Source: Gemmatimonadota bacterium
GTDB lineage: Bacteria; Latescibacterota; UBA2968; UBA8231
Length of the DNA stretch: 64,000 bases
NCBI GenBank assembly: GCA_038153405.1
Contig: JAYOYH010000012.1
Span: 32,001 to 96,000 of the forward strand
Direction of reading: 5' to 3'
Below the pieces are notes generated by a model. The model did no database searches. It was given only the letters and a program-made list of their open reading frames with translations, and was not told the origin of the DNA. Shown piece after piece: positions 10,490 to 20,637 of this stretch. Every line of letters starts with the position of its first letter. Position 1 is the first letter of the stretch. The translations under genes and the position numbers were made by a program.

Positions 10490-11728
10490 ATGGATTCCGA
10501 CCGCATGCTCGCGCCTGAAGAGGCGCGCGATATTGTTTTAGAGCACATCCATGCGCTGGGCGTTGAGCGCGTTGCCCTGCTCGATGCCGTGGGCCGCGTG
10601 CTCGCGCGCGACGTGCTGGCGCGCCGCGACAACCCGCCGCACGACAATTCGGCAATGGACGGCTTTGCCGTGCGCTATGCCGACGCGCAAGGTGCCACTG
10701 CAGAGAACCCGGTAACGCTGCAGATCATAGAGGACATTCCCGCCGGCAGCGTGCCGCAGAAGGCACTTGGGGCCGGACAGGCTAGCCGCATTATGACCGG
10801 TGCCGTCGTCCCGACAGGCGCCGATGCCATCGTGCCGGTCGAAGACACGCGCGGCGAGGGCGATCAGGTCTCCATCCTCGACGTCGACCAACTGGGTGCG
10901 CACATCCGCGCGCGCGGCGAAGATATGCGCAAGGACGCCCCCGTCTTGAAGGCCGGTCAGGCCCTTGGGCCCGGAGAAATTTCCGTGCTGGCGACGCTGC
11001 AGCAGAGCTTTGTCACCGTCTATCGAAGGGCCCGCGTGGCCATTATCACCACCGGCGACGAGCTCGTTGAGATCGAAGACGAGGTCGGACCGGGGCAGAT
11101 CGTCAACGGCAATACGGCCGCGTTAGCCGCCTTCTGTCGCGCGCACGGCGCCGAACCGCTCATGTTGCCCATTGCCCGCGATGACCGGGCCGATATTCGC
11201 CGCACGATAGAAGCGGCGCTCGATGCGGACATCGTGCTCTCTTCGGGCGGCGTTTCAGTGGGCGACTACGATTTCGTCAAAGAGGTGCTCGACGAAATGA
11301 ATGCCAAGACCATTTTTTGGCGCGTGGCCATGAAGCCAGGCAAACCGCTGCTGTTTTGCACCATCGGCTCGACGCCCTATTTCGGTCTGCCCGGCAATCC
11401 CGTGTCGAGCATGATGTCTTTTTTGCAGTTTGTGCGGCCAGCCCTCTACAAGGCTGGCGGCCATCCGCCCGTGGCCTGGCCGCTGCCGCAGGCCACCGCG
11501 CTGCTCGACAGCGCCGTCGACAACGACGGCAATCGCCGCAACTACATGCGCTGCAGGCTCTACTACTGCGACGAGAGCGGCGCGCTGCGCGCCGAAGTAT
11601 TTGCCCAACAGGGCTCGCATATGGTTTCGTCTATGATTGGCGCCAACGGCATCGCCCTCTTTGAACCCGAAGCGCGCGCGGAGGCCAACGAGCGCATTGC
11701 CGTGCAAATCATCGGTCCCATTATCTGA
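10490..11728 (+). CDS. moeA: Molybdopterin molybdotransferase
   Basis: NSAMDGFAVR, RIMTGA, TTGDEL, SSGGVSVGDYDFVK, MKPGKP and GLPGNPVS motifs. Confidence 0.93.
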   Translation: MDSDRMLAPEEARDIVLEHIHALGVERVALLDAVGRVLARDVLARRDNPPHDNSAMDGFAVRYADAQGATAENPVTLQIIEDIPAGSVPQKALGAGQASRIMTGAVVPTGADAIVPVEDTRGEGDQVSILDVDQLGAHIRARGEDMRKDAPVLKAGQALGPGEISVLATLQQSFVTVYRRARVAIITTGDELVEIEDEVGPGQIVNGNTAALAAFCRAHGAEPLMLPIARDDRADIRRTIEAALDADIVLSSGGVSVGDYDFVKEVLDEMNAKTIFWRVAMKPGKPLLFCTIGSTPYFGLPGNPVSSMMSFLQFVRPALYKAGGHPPVAWPLPQATALLDSAVDNDGNRRNYMRCRLYYCDESGALRAEVFAQQGSHMVSSMIGANGIALFEPEARAEANERIAVQIIGPII

Positions 11729-11745
11729 GAGGAGGCCCGTAGCCC

Positions 11746-12756
11746 ATGAACCGCCCCCCCGACCAATTCAAGTGCATTGCCGTAGCGCAGCTTCGCCGCT
11801 TTGCCGCAGCCTGTCTAAGGGCCAGCGGCATGACGTCCGAACACGCCGACCAGTTGGCTGAGCTGCTGAGCAACTCCGACCTACGCGGCGTGCGTTCGCA
11901 CGGCACGCGGCAGATCCTCGGCTATTGTGGTAGCCTGCGCGAAGGGCGCGTCAACCCGACGCCCGATATACAAATCGTGCAGGAAACCGACACGGCTATT
12001 CTCGTCGACGGCGACGGCGGCCTGGGCTACGCGCCGATGATGCACGCCACCGAACGGGCCATTGCCAAGGCGAAAGAGAAGAAAGTGGCTATTGGCGCTA
12101 CCCGTCACCACGGCCACTACGGCTCGGCCGGACACTACGTGCGCCGCGCCATGGAAGAGGGCTGCACCGCCTTTTCCGTGCAGGGTTCGCACCCGGCCCA
12201 CTTTGGCGAAGGCGGCGGCAACAAGGGGCAGTCCTCGGCCTATTGGGGCAACCCGCCCATCTGCTTTGGCTTTCCATCCGATGAAGAGCCGCCGCTCGTC
12301 CTCGATGCGGCAACCTGCATTTTGGCCGACTACCAGCGCGGCGACCAATTCGACGCACTGCAGTCGCTCATCCCCGCCGCCTTTTTTAAGAGCATGGGCT
12401 ACACGGGCGCAGCTACGGCGCTGGGCGGCACCTTTGTTGGCCAGAGCAACGCGGCTGCCCGCGCCGTCGAAGAAAAGTGGCCCGCCGCGCGCGGAGGTGG
12501 ACTGATTATCGTACTCGATATAGAGGCCTTTGTGCCGGCCGCAGAATTTCGCAGTGGCATCGACTTTCTCGTGCGCGGCGTGCGCGAAACGATGGAACCG
12601 CTGCCTGGCTACGACGAAGCGACGCTGCCTGGCACGGTCGAACACCGCAACCAGTTGGCCTACGCCGAAGAAGGCGTACCCTATGCGCTAGAAGATCTGC
12701 AGCGTTTAGAAGAATGCGGCCGCCTGTGCGGCATTGAACCGGAGTGGGCCCAGTGA
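11746..12756 (+). CDS. Ldh_2 family (malate/L-lactate/ureidoglycolate dehydrogenase-like) oxidoreductase
   Basis: DLRGVRSHG, VDGDGGLG, HHGHYG, GNPPICFG and LVLDAAT motifs. Confidence 0.85.
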   Translation: MNRPPDQFKCIAVAQLRRFAAACLRASGMTSEHADQLAELLSNSDLRGVRSHGTRQILGYCGSLREGRVNPTPDIQIVQETDTAILVDGDGGLGYAPMMHATERAIAKAKEKKVAIGATRHHGHYGSAGHYVRRAMEEGCTAFSVQGSHPAHFGEGGGNKGQSSAYWGNPPICFGFPSDEEPPLVLDAATCILADYQRGDQFDALQSLIPAAFFKSMGYTGAATALGGTFVGQSNAAARAVEEKWPAARGGGLIIVLDIEAFVPAAEFRSGIDFLVRGVRETMEPLPGYDEATLPGTVEHRNQLAYAEEGVPYALEDLQRLEECGRLCGIEPEWAQ

Positions 12757-13427
12757 ATATCCCCGTCTACGCGCCGCCGCCCGTTGACCGGCTAGTCTTT
12801 CGCGCCCAACTGCGCCCAGCGGCGGCGAACCGCCTGCCCGATAAGCTGGAGCGATTGAAGCTACTAGCAGAAAAGAACATAGCCAGCGGCCAGATGCTGA
12901 CAGCCAGTCTGTTTCAAGCGCAAGACCAACTCTTTCTCTACTACGAGTGCCCGCGCACCAAGCTGCCAGCTAGCGAAGTGGCCGCCCCGCTAAACGACTT
13001 GCTAGAAGACTGGCCCGGCGCAGCAGCCCCAAGGTGCTGGGTGCCGATGATGGATATCTTTCACTACAGCCGACCGCTGAGCATCGAGCACTGGCGACGC
13101 GGCGCAGCGCCGCAGGAGTGCACTGGTCGCATTATCTACCTGCGGCCAGAAATGGTCAGCAGCTATATTTTCTATCATTTCCAACTGCAAGAGGAAAAAC
13201 CCGGCGCGCTCGGCAGCAAGTACGGACTAATTTCACAGCACGAAAATTTGCTCTTCTTCTACATGGAGAAGCCCGACGTAGCGGAGAGCGAATCGTATAC
13301 CGGACACCTCAAGACGCAGAACACGCCGCCCAATTGGGGCGAGGTCATGGATCCGCATTTTCAACCCTGGCCCGACGAAGAGGGCGAGCGCCTGTGGCGC
13401 CCTATCGAATGCATCTTCTCCGCTTGA
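12753..13427 (+). CDS. Hypothetical protein, two tandem L-rhamnose-mutarotase-like domains
   Basis: GTGA overlap with upstream stop. Internal duplication (LFLYYE...WVPMMDIFHY versus LLFFYME...WRPIECIFS) with YxxxH in the second half. Confidence 0.55.
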   Translation: MNIPVYAPPPVDRLVFRAQLRPAAANRLPDKLERLKLLAEKNIASGQMLTASLFQAQDQLFLYYECPRTKLPASEVAAPLNDLLEDWPGAAAPRCWVPMMDIFHYSRPLSIEHWRRGAAPQECTGRIIYLRPEMVSSYIFYHFQLQEEKPGALGSKYGLISQHENLLFFYMEKPDVAESESYTGHLKTQNTPPNWGEVMDPHFQPWPDEEGERLWRPIECIFSA

Positions 13428-13497
13428 GCAGGCGCGTTTACATGCGCTGCAGGCAGCCACTGTTCACCTAGACACCCACTGATAGAAAGGGATTAGC

Positions 13498-14289
13498 ATG
13501 AGTATTTTTTCACTGGAAGGTAAAGTAGCGCTGGTGACGGGCGCTGGCCGCGGCATCGGTCGCGCCATCGCCGAAGGGCTGGCCGCCCAAGGGGCCAAGG
13601 TCGCCTGTGCAGCGCGCAGCGTCGACCAACTGGAGGAATTGGCCCAGTCGATCCGCGACGCCGGCGGCGAGGCGATGGCCGTGGCCATTGACATGGGCGA
13701 TATGAATTCACTCGACCGCGCCCTTGAGACCGTGGCCAATGCCTATGGCCACCTCGATATCCTCGTCAACAACGCCGGCATGAACGCGCGTCAACCCATC
13801 GACGAGGTGACCGAAGAAAATTACGATCGCATTATGAACGTCAATCTGAAGGGCCTTTACTTCCTCAGCCAAAAAGCGGCGCGCTACATGGCGCAAAACG
13901 GAGCGGGTAAAATTATCAACATCGGCTCGCTGACCACGGGCTACGCGCTGGCCAAGGTCTCCGTCTACACCGCGACCAAAGGAGCCGTCGGCCAGCTAAC
14001 CAAGGCGCAGGCCGTCGAATTTGGCAAGCACAACATTCAGGTCAACGCCATCTGTCCGGGCTTTGTATTGACCTCGCTAACGGAAAAAATGTGGGCCGAT
14101 CCGACCATGCGGCAGTGGGGCGAAAGCCGGGTGGCGCTCGGTCGGTTGGCCACGCCCAAAGACATGGCGGGCACGGCAGCCTTCCTCGCCTCGCCGGCCT
14201 CCGACTACGTAACGGGCCAGTGCATCTACGTCGACGGCGGCTTTATGGCCGGCGACAATTGGCCGTTGCCCGAGGCAGCCGCTAGCTAG
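13498..14289 (+). CDS. Short-chain dehydrogenase/reductase (gluconate 5-dehydrogenase/KduD-like)
   Basis: TGAGRGIG, NNAG, YTATK (YxxxK) and VNAICPG motifs. N-terminus MSIFSLEGKVALV. Confidence 0.9.
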   Translation: MSIFSLEGKVALVTGAGRGIGRAIAEGLAAQGAKVACAARSVDQLEELAQSIRDAGGEAMAVAIDMGDMNSLDRALETVANAYGHLDILVNNAGMNARQPIDEVTEENYDRIMNVNLKGLYFLSQKAARYMAQNGAGKIINIGSLTTGYALAKVSVYTATKGAVGQLTKAQAVEFGKHNIQVNAICPGFVLTSLTEKMWADPTMRQWGESRVALGRLATPKDMAGTAAFLASPASDYVTGQCIYVDGGFMAGDNWPLPEAAAS

Positions 14290-14317
14290 CGCGCGGCGCA
14301 CAGCGGCCAACGCTATA

Positions 14318-14351
14318 CGGGGGACCTTCAAAGTAGGAGGTCCCCCGCTTT
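14318..14351. terminator. Hairpin between convergent SDR and VOC genes, probable terminator
   Basis: CGGGGGACCTTC-AAAGTA-GGAGGTCCCCCG stem-loop followed by CTTT. Confidence 0.6.
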
Positions 14352-14362
14352 GCGCTAGCCAA

Positions 14363-14965
14363 CTAGGCTTCCTCCACCGGCTTGACGTAGGCCTTCTTGG
14401 GCCTGCGCTCGGCCGACAACGTCGCGCGCGTGCGCGCGCTCAGTCGCTCGAGCGCGTCGGCCACGTGCACTTCGGCAATGTGGTGGTCGCCGCGCTCGAC
14501 GCGCAGCAGATGGGCCTCAAACAGCACCTGCGCGTGCGCGCAGCCATCCGGCGGTTCGAATTTATAAGAGGCCAGTTCGATGCGCTGGCCTAGCGGATCG
14601 CGAAAGTATATCGAATCCATAAAGCCGCGATCGATTGCACCCGTATGCGGCACGCCGCGCGCCTCCAGCCGCGCAGGAATCTGCGCAAAGGTCGCGCGCG
14701 ACACGCTAAAAGCTAGGTGGTGCACATGGCCTATGTCTTCGCTATTGGACCGGGTGTCGACGTCGCGGCGTTCGTTAGTGAATACGGTGATGAGCCGCCC
14801 ATCGCCCGGATCGAAGTAGAGATGCGATTCGTCGGGGTTGTCCAAATTCGGCTGCTCAAAAATAAAGGGCATGCCGAGCACGCCTTCCCAAAAGTCAATC
14901 GACACTTGGCGCGTGGCGCCGACGAGCGTGATGTGGTGCACGCCCTGCACTTGAATCTTCTGCAT
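14363..14965 (-). CDS. VOC / glyoxalase family protein
   Basis: GVHHITL, HLYFD, VHHLAF and SIYFRDPLGQRIEL motifs. Confidence 0.88.
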   Translation of the reverse strand: MQKIQVQGVHHITLVGATRQVSIDFWEGVLGMPFIFEQPNLDNPDESHLYFDPGDGRLITVFTNERRDVDTRSNSEDIGHVHHLAFSVSRATFAQIPARLEARGVPHTGAIDRGFMDSIYFRDPLGQRIELASYKFEPPDGCAHAQVLFEAHLLRVERGDHHIAEVHVADALERLSARTRATLSAERRPKKAYVKPVEEA

Positions 14966-15030
14966 GGCTCTTCTCCACCGTGTGAGTTCTCACCGTTGAT
15001 ACTACGCGAAAACGCGCGAAATGGGAGTGT

Positions 15031-15618
15031 ATGAAAAAAGTAGAAATCTTAGCTCAACGCGGCCTCGTAGACGCCTTTTTTAAACTCGAAGAGGCGGAAC
15101 TGCGCCACGAGCGGCGCGACGGCTCGATGAGCGAACCCATGCACCGCCTCAACTTGGAGCGCGGTGACGGAGTGGCCGCACTGGTCTACCACCCACAGCG
15201 CGATGTGCTCGTCTTTGTGCGCCAGTTTCGCTACCCGGCCTATGTGCGCAGCGGACCGGGTTGGTTGGTCGAACTGCCGGCCGGCATGCTCGATCACGAC
15301 GAAGAACCTATCGACTGCATGCGACGCGAGATCGGCGAAGAGACGGGCTACGCCATCCGCCACATCGAACTCGTTTCCTCATTTTACCTTTCACCCGGAA
15401 GCTCTTCGGAGCGCATCTTTCTCTATTACGCCGAGATCGATCCTCTCGCAGAGCCCAGCGCGGGCGGCGGTTTGGCCAACGAACAGGAAGACGTCGAGCG
15501 GGTAGAACTCCCGCTGTCCGAGGCGTGGCGCCAACTCGACGCCGGCGCGTTTATCGACGCAAAGACCATCATTGCGCTGCAGTGGATGCGCGCGCGCGCC
15601 TCGCTGGGCTGTCCCTAA
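15031..15618 (+). CDS. Nudix hydrolase, ADP-ribose / nucleoside-diphosphate-sugar pyrophosphatase type (NudF/NudK-like)
   Basis: Nudix box AGMLDHDEEPIDCMRREIGEETGY, plus VRQFRYP, SPG and DAKTIIALQW. Confidence 0.88.
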   Translation: MKKVEILAQRGLVDAFFKLEEAELRHERRDGSMSEPMHRLNLERGDGVAALVYHPQRDVLVFVRQFRYPAYVRSGPGWLVELPAGMLDHDEEPIDCMRREIGEETGYAIRHIELVSSFYLSPGSSSERIFLYYAEIDPLAEPSAGGGLANEQEDVERVELPLSEAWRQLDAGAFIDAKTIIALQWMRARASLGCP

Positions 15619-15622
15619 GCTC

Positions 15623-15651
15623 TTGAAGCTCGACGCAAAATACAATAGTAT
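15623..15651 (+). promoter_or_regulatory. Candidate sigma70 promoter for acs
   Basis: TTGAAG-N17-TAGTAT in an AT-rich intergenic gap about 75 nt before the ATG. Confidence 0.45.
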
Positions 15652-15725
15652 TATGGGCAAAGCTCAACACCCACTACTGCGACTTACTACAAACCTACCA
15701 CGAGAAGCAACACAGGAGTTCCGCT

Positions 15726-17696
15726 ATGGCAGACGAAGTATATCAGCCCTCAGCCTCCCTGCAAGAGAGGGCCTTTATCAACAGCATGGAGGCCTACCAA
15801 CAGGAGTACGAGCGTTCCATTGCCGATCCTGAGGCGTTCTGGGCAGAAAAAGCGGAAGCGTTCCATTGGTTCAAAAAATGGGACACCGTCTGCTCGTACA
15901 ATTACGACATGAGCAAAGGCCCCATCTCGATCAAGTGGTTTGAGGGCGGCAAGACGAACATCACCTACAACTGCCTGGACCGCCATCTCGACGGCAAAGG
16001 CGATCAGACGGCGATCGTCTGGGAGGGCAATAGCCCCGACGAAGACGCGACACTAACCTACAGGGAACTGCACGAGCGGGTCTGCAAATTCGCCAACGTG
16101 CTCAAGAGCCGCGGCGTTAAAAAGGGCGATCGCGTGTCGATCTACATGCCGATGGTGCCCGAATTGGCCGTGGCCATGTTGGCCTGTGCGCGCATCGGCG
16201 CTATGCACTCGATCGTCTTTGGCGGCTTTTCCGCCGACGCGCTGGCCGATCGCATCGTCGATGCCACCTGCACCACCGTGCTGACCTGCGACGGCATCTA
16301 CCGCGGCGCCAAGCCCGTGGTGATGAAGCCGCTAGTCGATGAGGCCATGGCCAACGCCGAAAGGCAAATGGGACAGCCCGTCACTACCTGCATCGTCGTG
16401 CGCCACCACGCCGACGACGCCGATTTCACCTGCCCCATGCAGGACGGCCGCGACGTCGACTACGCCGAGGCCATGGCCGCCGCATCGGCCGACTGCCCGC
16501 CTGAAGAAATGGACGCTGAAGACCCGCTCTTTATCCTCTATACTTCGGGCTCGACCGGCAAACCCAAGGGCGTGCAGCACACCGTGGGCGGCTATATGGT
16601 CTACACGGCCACTACGCACAAATACGTCTTTGACTACCACGACGGCGATATCTATTTCTGCGCCGCCGATATCGGCTGGATCACCGGTCACTCCTACATC
16701 ATCTACGGCCCGCTGGCCAATGGCGCGACCACCATGATGTTCGGCGGCATTCCGACCTACCCCGACGCAGAGCGCTACTGGCAGATCATCGAAAAGTGGA
16801 ACGTCACCCAGTTTTACACCGCGCCGACGGCTATTCGCGCCATTGCCGCAGCCGGCGAAGAGTTGCCGACTAAATACGATATGGCCTCGCTGAAAATCCT
16901 CGGCAGCGTCGGCGAACCGATCAACCCGGAAGCCTGGCGCTGGTACTATACCAAGGCGGGCAAGGAGCGCAGCCCGATCGTCGATACCTGGTGGCAAACC
17001 GAGACGGGCGGCATTCTCATTACGCCGCTGCCCGGTGCCACGCCGCTCAAACCCGGTTCGGCAACTTTTCCCTTTTTTGGCGTGCAACCCGTCGTGCTCG
17101 AACCGGAGAAGGGCACCGAGATCGAAGGCAACGACATCAGCGGCGTGCTTGCACTAAAAGCGCCCTGGCCCGGCCAGATGCGCACCGTCTACGGCGACCA
17201 CGAGCGCTTTGAGAACACCTATTTCCAGCAGTATAAAGGCTATTACTTTACCGGCGACGGCTGTCGCCGCGACGCGGACGGCTACTACTGGATTACCGGA
17301 CGCGTCGACGACGTGATCAACGTATCCGGCCATCGAATGGGCACCGCCGAAGTAGAGAGCGCGCTCGTGCTGCACGGCAAAGTGGCCGAGGCCGCCGTCG
17401 TTGGCTTCCCGCACAACATCAAGGGCGAGGGGATTTACGCCTACGTCACGCTCAACGCCGGCGAGGAATACACCGACGCGTTGAAAGACGAGCTAAAAAA
17501 GCACGTGCGTCAGGTCATCGGTCCCATTGCCACTCCCGACGTCATTCACTGGGCACCGGGCCTGCCCAAGACGCGCTCGGGCAAAATCATGCGGCGCATT
17601 CTCCGCAAGATATCAACCAACGAGATCGATCAGCTCGGCGATACGTCAACGCTGGCCGATCCGGGCGTGGTCGACCAGTTGCTCGCCAACCGCTAG
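15726..17696 (+). CDS. acs: Acetyl-CoA synthetase (AMP-forming)
   Basis: [33 protein letters not shown] and [12 protein letters not shown] motifs. CAGGAG RBS. Confidence 0.96.
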   Translation: MADEVYQPSASLQERAFINSMEAYQQEYERSIADPEAFWAEKAEAFHWFKKWDTVCSYNYDMSKGPISIKWFEGGKTNITYNCLDRHLDGKGDQTAIVWEGNSPDEDATLTYRELHERVCKFANVLKSRGVKKGDRVSIYMPMVPELAVAMLACARIGAMHSIVFGGFSADALADRIVDATCTTVLTCDGIYRGAKPVVMKPLVDEAMANAERQMGQPVTTCIVVRHHADDADFTCPMQDGRDVDYAEAMAAASADCPPEEMDAEDPLFILYTSGSTGKPKGVQHTVGGYMVYTATTHKYVFDYHDGDIYFCAADIGWITGHSYIIYGPLANGATTMMFGGIPTYPDAERYWQIIEKWNVTQFYTAPTAIRAIAAAGEELPTKYDMASLKILGSVGEPINPEAWRWYYTKAGKERSPIVDTWWQTETGGILITPLPGATPLKPGSATFPFFGVQPVVLEPEKGTEIEGNDISGVLALKAPWPGQMRTVYGDHERFENTYFQQYKGYYFTGDGCRRDADGYYWITGRVDDVINVSGHRMGTAEVESALVLHGKVAEAAVVGFPHNIKGEGIYAYVTLNAGEEYTDALKDELKKHVRQVIGPIATPDVIHWAPGLPKTRSGKIMRRILRKISTNEIDQLGDTSTLADPGVVDQLLANR

Positions 17697-17711
17697 GACC
17701 CCACGCGGGCC

Positions 17712-17750
17712 AACCGGCGGCTTCCCAGCGGAAGTCGCCGGTTTTTTTAT
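17712..17750 (+). terminator. Rho-independent terminator after acs
   Basis: AACCGGCGGCTTCC-CAGC-GGAAGTCGCCGGTT stem followed by a T run. Confidence 0.8.
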
Positions 17751-17780
17751 TCATTCTCTGCGTTTGCTACATAACCAACT

Positions 17781-19742
17781 ATGTCGCTACCCATATCTTT
17801 TAAAGACGATGTAACGCGCGATATTGCGCGCGCCGCTAGCCGAGAGTGGTTAGAAACCAACGGCCTCGGCGGCTGGTCATCGTCCACTATCTGCATGGCG
17901 CATACGCGCCGCTATCACGGCCTGCTCGTCGTCGCACAGCACCCACCCGTCGGCCGCGTCGTCCTTCTATCTCACCTAGACGAGACGCTATCGATTGAGG
18001 GCAACCGCCTCGCATTGGGCTGTCATTTCTTTCCCGGCGCCACGCATCCGCAGGGGCATCTACACCTATCCTCTTTTGCCCTGACGCCCAGCCCGACCTT
18101 CCTCTATACCAGCCAAGGCATATCGCTGCGCAAACAGATCGCCATGCTCTACGGCGAACACGGCCTCGTTATTCGCTACGAACTCCTGCGCGCACCGGCT
18201 CCCCTGCATATGGAGCTACAGCCGTTCTTTGCCGGACGCGACTATCACCATCTAATGAGCGCCAACAGCGATGTGCAGACGCAGGCCGATTTTGCCGACG
18301 ACTTATTTTCCTACACTCCCTATGCTGGCCTGCCCACGACCTATATCCACCTGCCTGGAGCACGCTACGCGTCAGCGCCAGACTGGTATTACAACTACGT
18401 ATACCCGCGCGAAGAAGAGCGCGGCCTCGATGCCAGTGAAGACCTCTTTACGCCCGGCACGCTCAACGCTACCCTGCGCGTTGGCCAGCCGCTTCACGTG
18501 CTCGTCAGCACGGCCAATCCACACAGCCGCCATGCAGAGGCGCTCTTCGTCGACGAGATGGCGCGCCGTGCGCGCCTAGTCGCACCGGCTCTCATTGCGA
18601 AAAAACCGCATTTGGTTCAGCTAGCCCGTGCCGCCGATCAATTTCTCGTGCGGCGCGGCAGCGGACTGCACACCATCTTGGCTGGCTATCCCTGGTTTAC
18701 CGATTGGGGGCGCGATACCATGATTGCCCTGCCCGGCATTTGCTTGGTAAACGGCAAATGGGCCGAGGCGCGTGCCATTTTTCGCGCTTTTGTAGAACAC
18801 GTCAATGAGGGCCTGATTCCCAACCGCTTTCCCGACCACGGCGAAGTGCCCGACTACAATACCGTCGACGCCACACTGTGGCTGTTTACCGCACTCCATA
18901 AATACGAACGGCACAGCGGCGACGAGGCGTTGGGCGACGAACTATGGCCCGTTTTGCGCGATATCATCGCCTGGCACGCGCGCGGCACGCGCTACCATAT
19001 CGGCGTCGATGATGATGGCTTACTGCGCGCCGGCGAGCACGGCACGCAGCTTACGTGGATGGATGCCAAGGTCGGCGATTGGGTCGTCACGCCGCGCCAG
19101 GGCAAAGCCGTAGAGATCAATGCACTCTGGTACAACGCCCTGCGCATTGCCGCCCCAATCGCCCAACGGCGCGGCGAAGAAGAATTCGCCGCTGAGTTAT
19201 TGGCCAAGGCCGCTGCGCTCCAGGACACTTTTTCCGAACAGTTCTGGAACGCCGAGTTGGGCTGTTTATACGACGTGATAGATGGCGAAAGCAAAGATGC
19301 CTCCATTCGTCCCAACCAACTCTTGGCGCTCTCCCTGCCCTTCCCCCTGCTAAATGGCGAGCGCGCCCATAGCCTCTTTGCCGTCGTCGACGAGCACCTC
19401 TACACGCCGCGCGGACTGCGCTCGCTATCGCCGCGCCACCCGGCCTATCGCAGTCGCTATTGGGGCGGTCCATGGGAACGCGATGGTTCCTATCATCAAG
19501 GTATCGTATGGGGCTGGCTCATGGGGCCCTTTCTAACGGCGCTGGCGCGCCTGCACGGCGAAGAGGGCAAGGTGCGCGGGCGCGCTATTGTCGAAGGGTT
19601 TACCGAACACCTGTGCGAAGCCGGTCTCGGCTCCGTGTCAGAAATATTTGACGCCGATCCGCCTTTCGCACCGCGCGGCTGCTTTGCGCAGGCATGGAGC
19701 GTAGCTGAACTGCTGCGAGCCTCCGTCGAAGACCTATCGTGA
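17781..19742 (+). CDS. Glycogen debranching enzyme / amylo-alpha-1,6-glucosidase family
   Basis: EWLETNGLGG, TRRYHGLL, AGYPWFTDWGRDTMI, TWMDAK, SYHQG and QAWSVAE motifs. Confidence 0.9.
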   Translation: MSLPISFKDDVTRDIARAASREWLETNGLGGWSSSTICMAHTRRYHGLLVVAQHPPVGRVVLLSHLDETLSIEGNRLALGCHFFPGATHPQGHLHLSSFALTPSPTFLYTSQGISLRKQIAMLYGEHGLVIRYELLRAPAPLHMELQPFFAGRDYHHLMSANSDVQTQADFADDLFSYTPYAGLPTTYIHLPGARYASAPDWYYNYVYPREEERGLDASEDLFTPGTLNATLRVGQPLHVLVSTANPHSRHAEALFVDEMARRARLVAPALIAKKPHLVQLARAADQFLVRRGSGLHTILAGYPWFTDWGRDTMIALPGICLVNGKWAEARAIFRAFVEHVNEGLIPNRFPDHGEVPDYNTVDATLWLFTALHKYERHSGDEALGDELWPVLRDIIAWHARGTRYHIGVDDDGLLRAGEHGTQLTWMDAKVGDWVVTPRQGKAVEINALWYNALRIAAPIAQRRGEEEFAAELLAKAAALQDTFSEQFWNAELGCLYDVIDGESKDASIRPNQLLALSLPFPLLNGERAHSLFAVVDEHLYTPRGLRSLSPRHPAYRSRYWGGPWERDGSYHQGIVWGWLMGPFLTALARLHGEEGKVRGRAIVEGFTEHLCEAGLGSVSEIFDADPPFAPRGCFAQAWSVAELLRASVEDLS

Positions 19743-19768
19743 GTAGGCAGTGCGATCTATCAGGTGCG

Positions 19769-20629
19769 TCAGCCTTGCACCTGCGGATGGCGCGCCTTGG
19801 GCAGGCCGTGCTCATCACACCACTCGGCGATCGGATTGCGCCCGCCATTGACCTGAAACGCCGCGACCTCTTCAAAAGCCTCGCCCACTAAAAAGCGCTG
19901 TAGCGGCGACAGCGTCTGCACAAATTCCGGCGCTTGCTTCACGTAGTCCATTGGCATCACCCAACGATAGCCATAGCCGATCATAATCGCCTTGCGCGTA
20001 TCATTGCCCCGGTGCAGCGCCCCGGCGTGAAACGTGCGATTTTCAAAGATCAGACAGTCGCCCGGCTGCAGCTGCGGCTCCACGGCATTTTCCGGATCGA
20101 CCTGTCCGTCGGGAATGGAGAGTCCACCCGAAAGCAGATGGCTGCCCGGAGAGACCATCGTCACGCCGCGCCCCTTCTCGCTGAGATCGGTCAAATAGTA
20201 GGCGCACTTGACTAGCAGGCGCGGAATGGCGGCATGGCCCATATCGTGCATTGCCATCGCGTAGTCGCGGTGCCAGCCCGGCAGTCGGTGCGTGGCCGGC
20301 TTATCGGATGGATCGGGCTGTTTGTAAATCAGGTGCGACGTCATCACGTGCAAACTCGCGCCCAGAAGCTGCACGACGACGGGCAAGATCCTCTCGTGAT
20401 CGATTAGCGCGGCAAAGGCCGGATCGAGTGCGATCGAGTTGCGAAAGCCGTCGTAAATGCCGCCGCTGGTGGTCTGGCGATTGGTCTGCATTTCGCTGTC
20501 GAGCAGGCGATCGCCGGCGGCGATTAACTGCTCTACCGTCGCCGCATCGAGGGCATTGCGCACGATCAGATAACCCTGCTGATCGAAGTGATCGATGTCT
20601 GTTTGAGAAACGGGTTCGTATTTCAGCAT
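19769..20629 (-). CDS. Phytanoyl-CoA dioxygenase (PhyH) family Fe(II)/2-oxoglutarate oxygenase
   Basis: FDQQGYLIVRNAL, WHRD (HxD), PGSH and PGDCLIFENRTFHAG motifs. ATG 20629 follows GAGAGGA. Confidence 0.88.
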   Translation of the reverse strand: MLKYEPVSQTDIDHFDQQGYLIVRNALDAATVEQLIAAGDRLLDSEMQTNRQTTSGGIYDGFRNSIALDPAFAALIDHERILPVVVQLLGASLHVMTSHLIYKQPDPSDKPATHRLPGWHRDYAMAMHDMGHAAIPRLLVKCAYYLTDLSEKGRGVTMVSPGSHLLSGGLSIPDGQVDPENAVEPQLQPGDCLIFENRTFHAGALHRGNDTRKAIMIGYGYRWVMPMDYVKQAPEFVQTLSPLQRFLVGEAFEEVAAFQVNGGRNPIAEWCDEHGLPKARHPQVQG

Positions 20630-20637
20630 AAGTCCTC

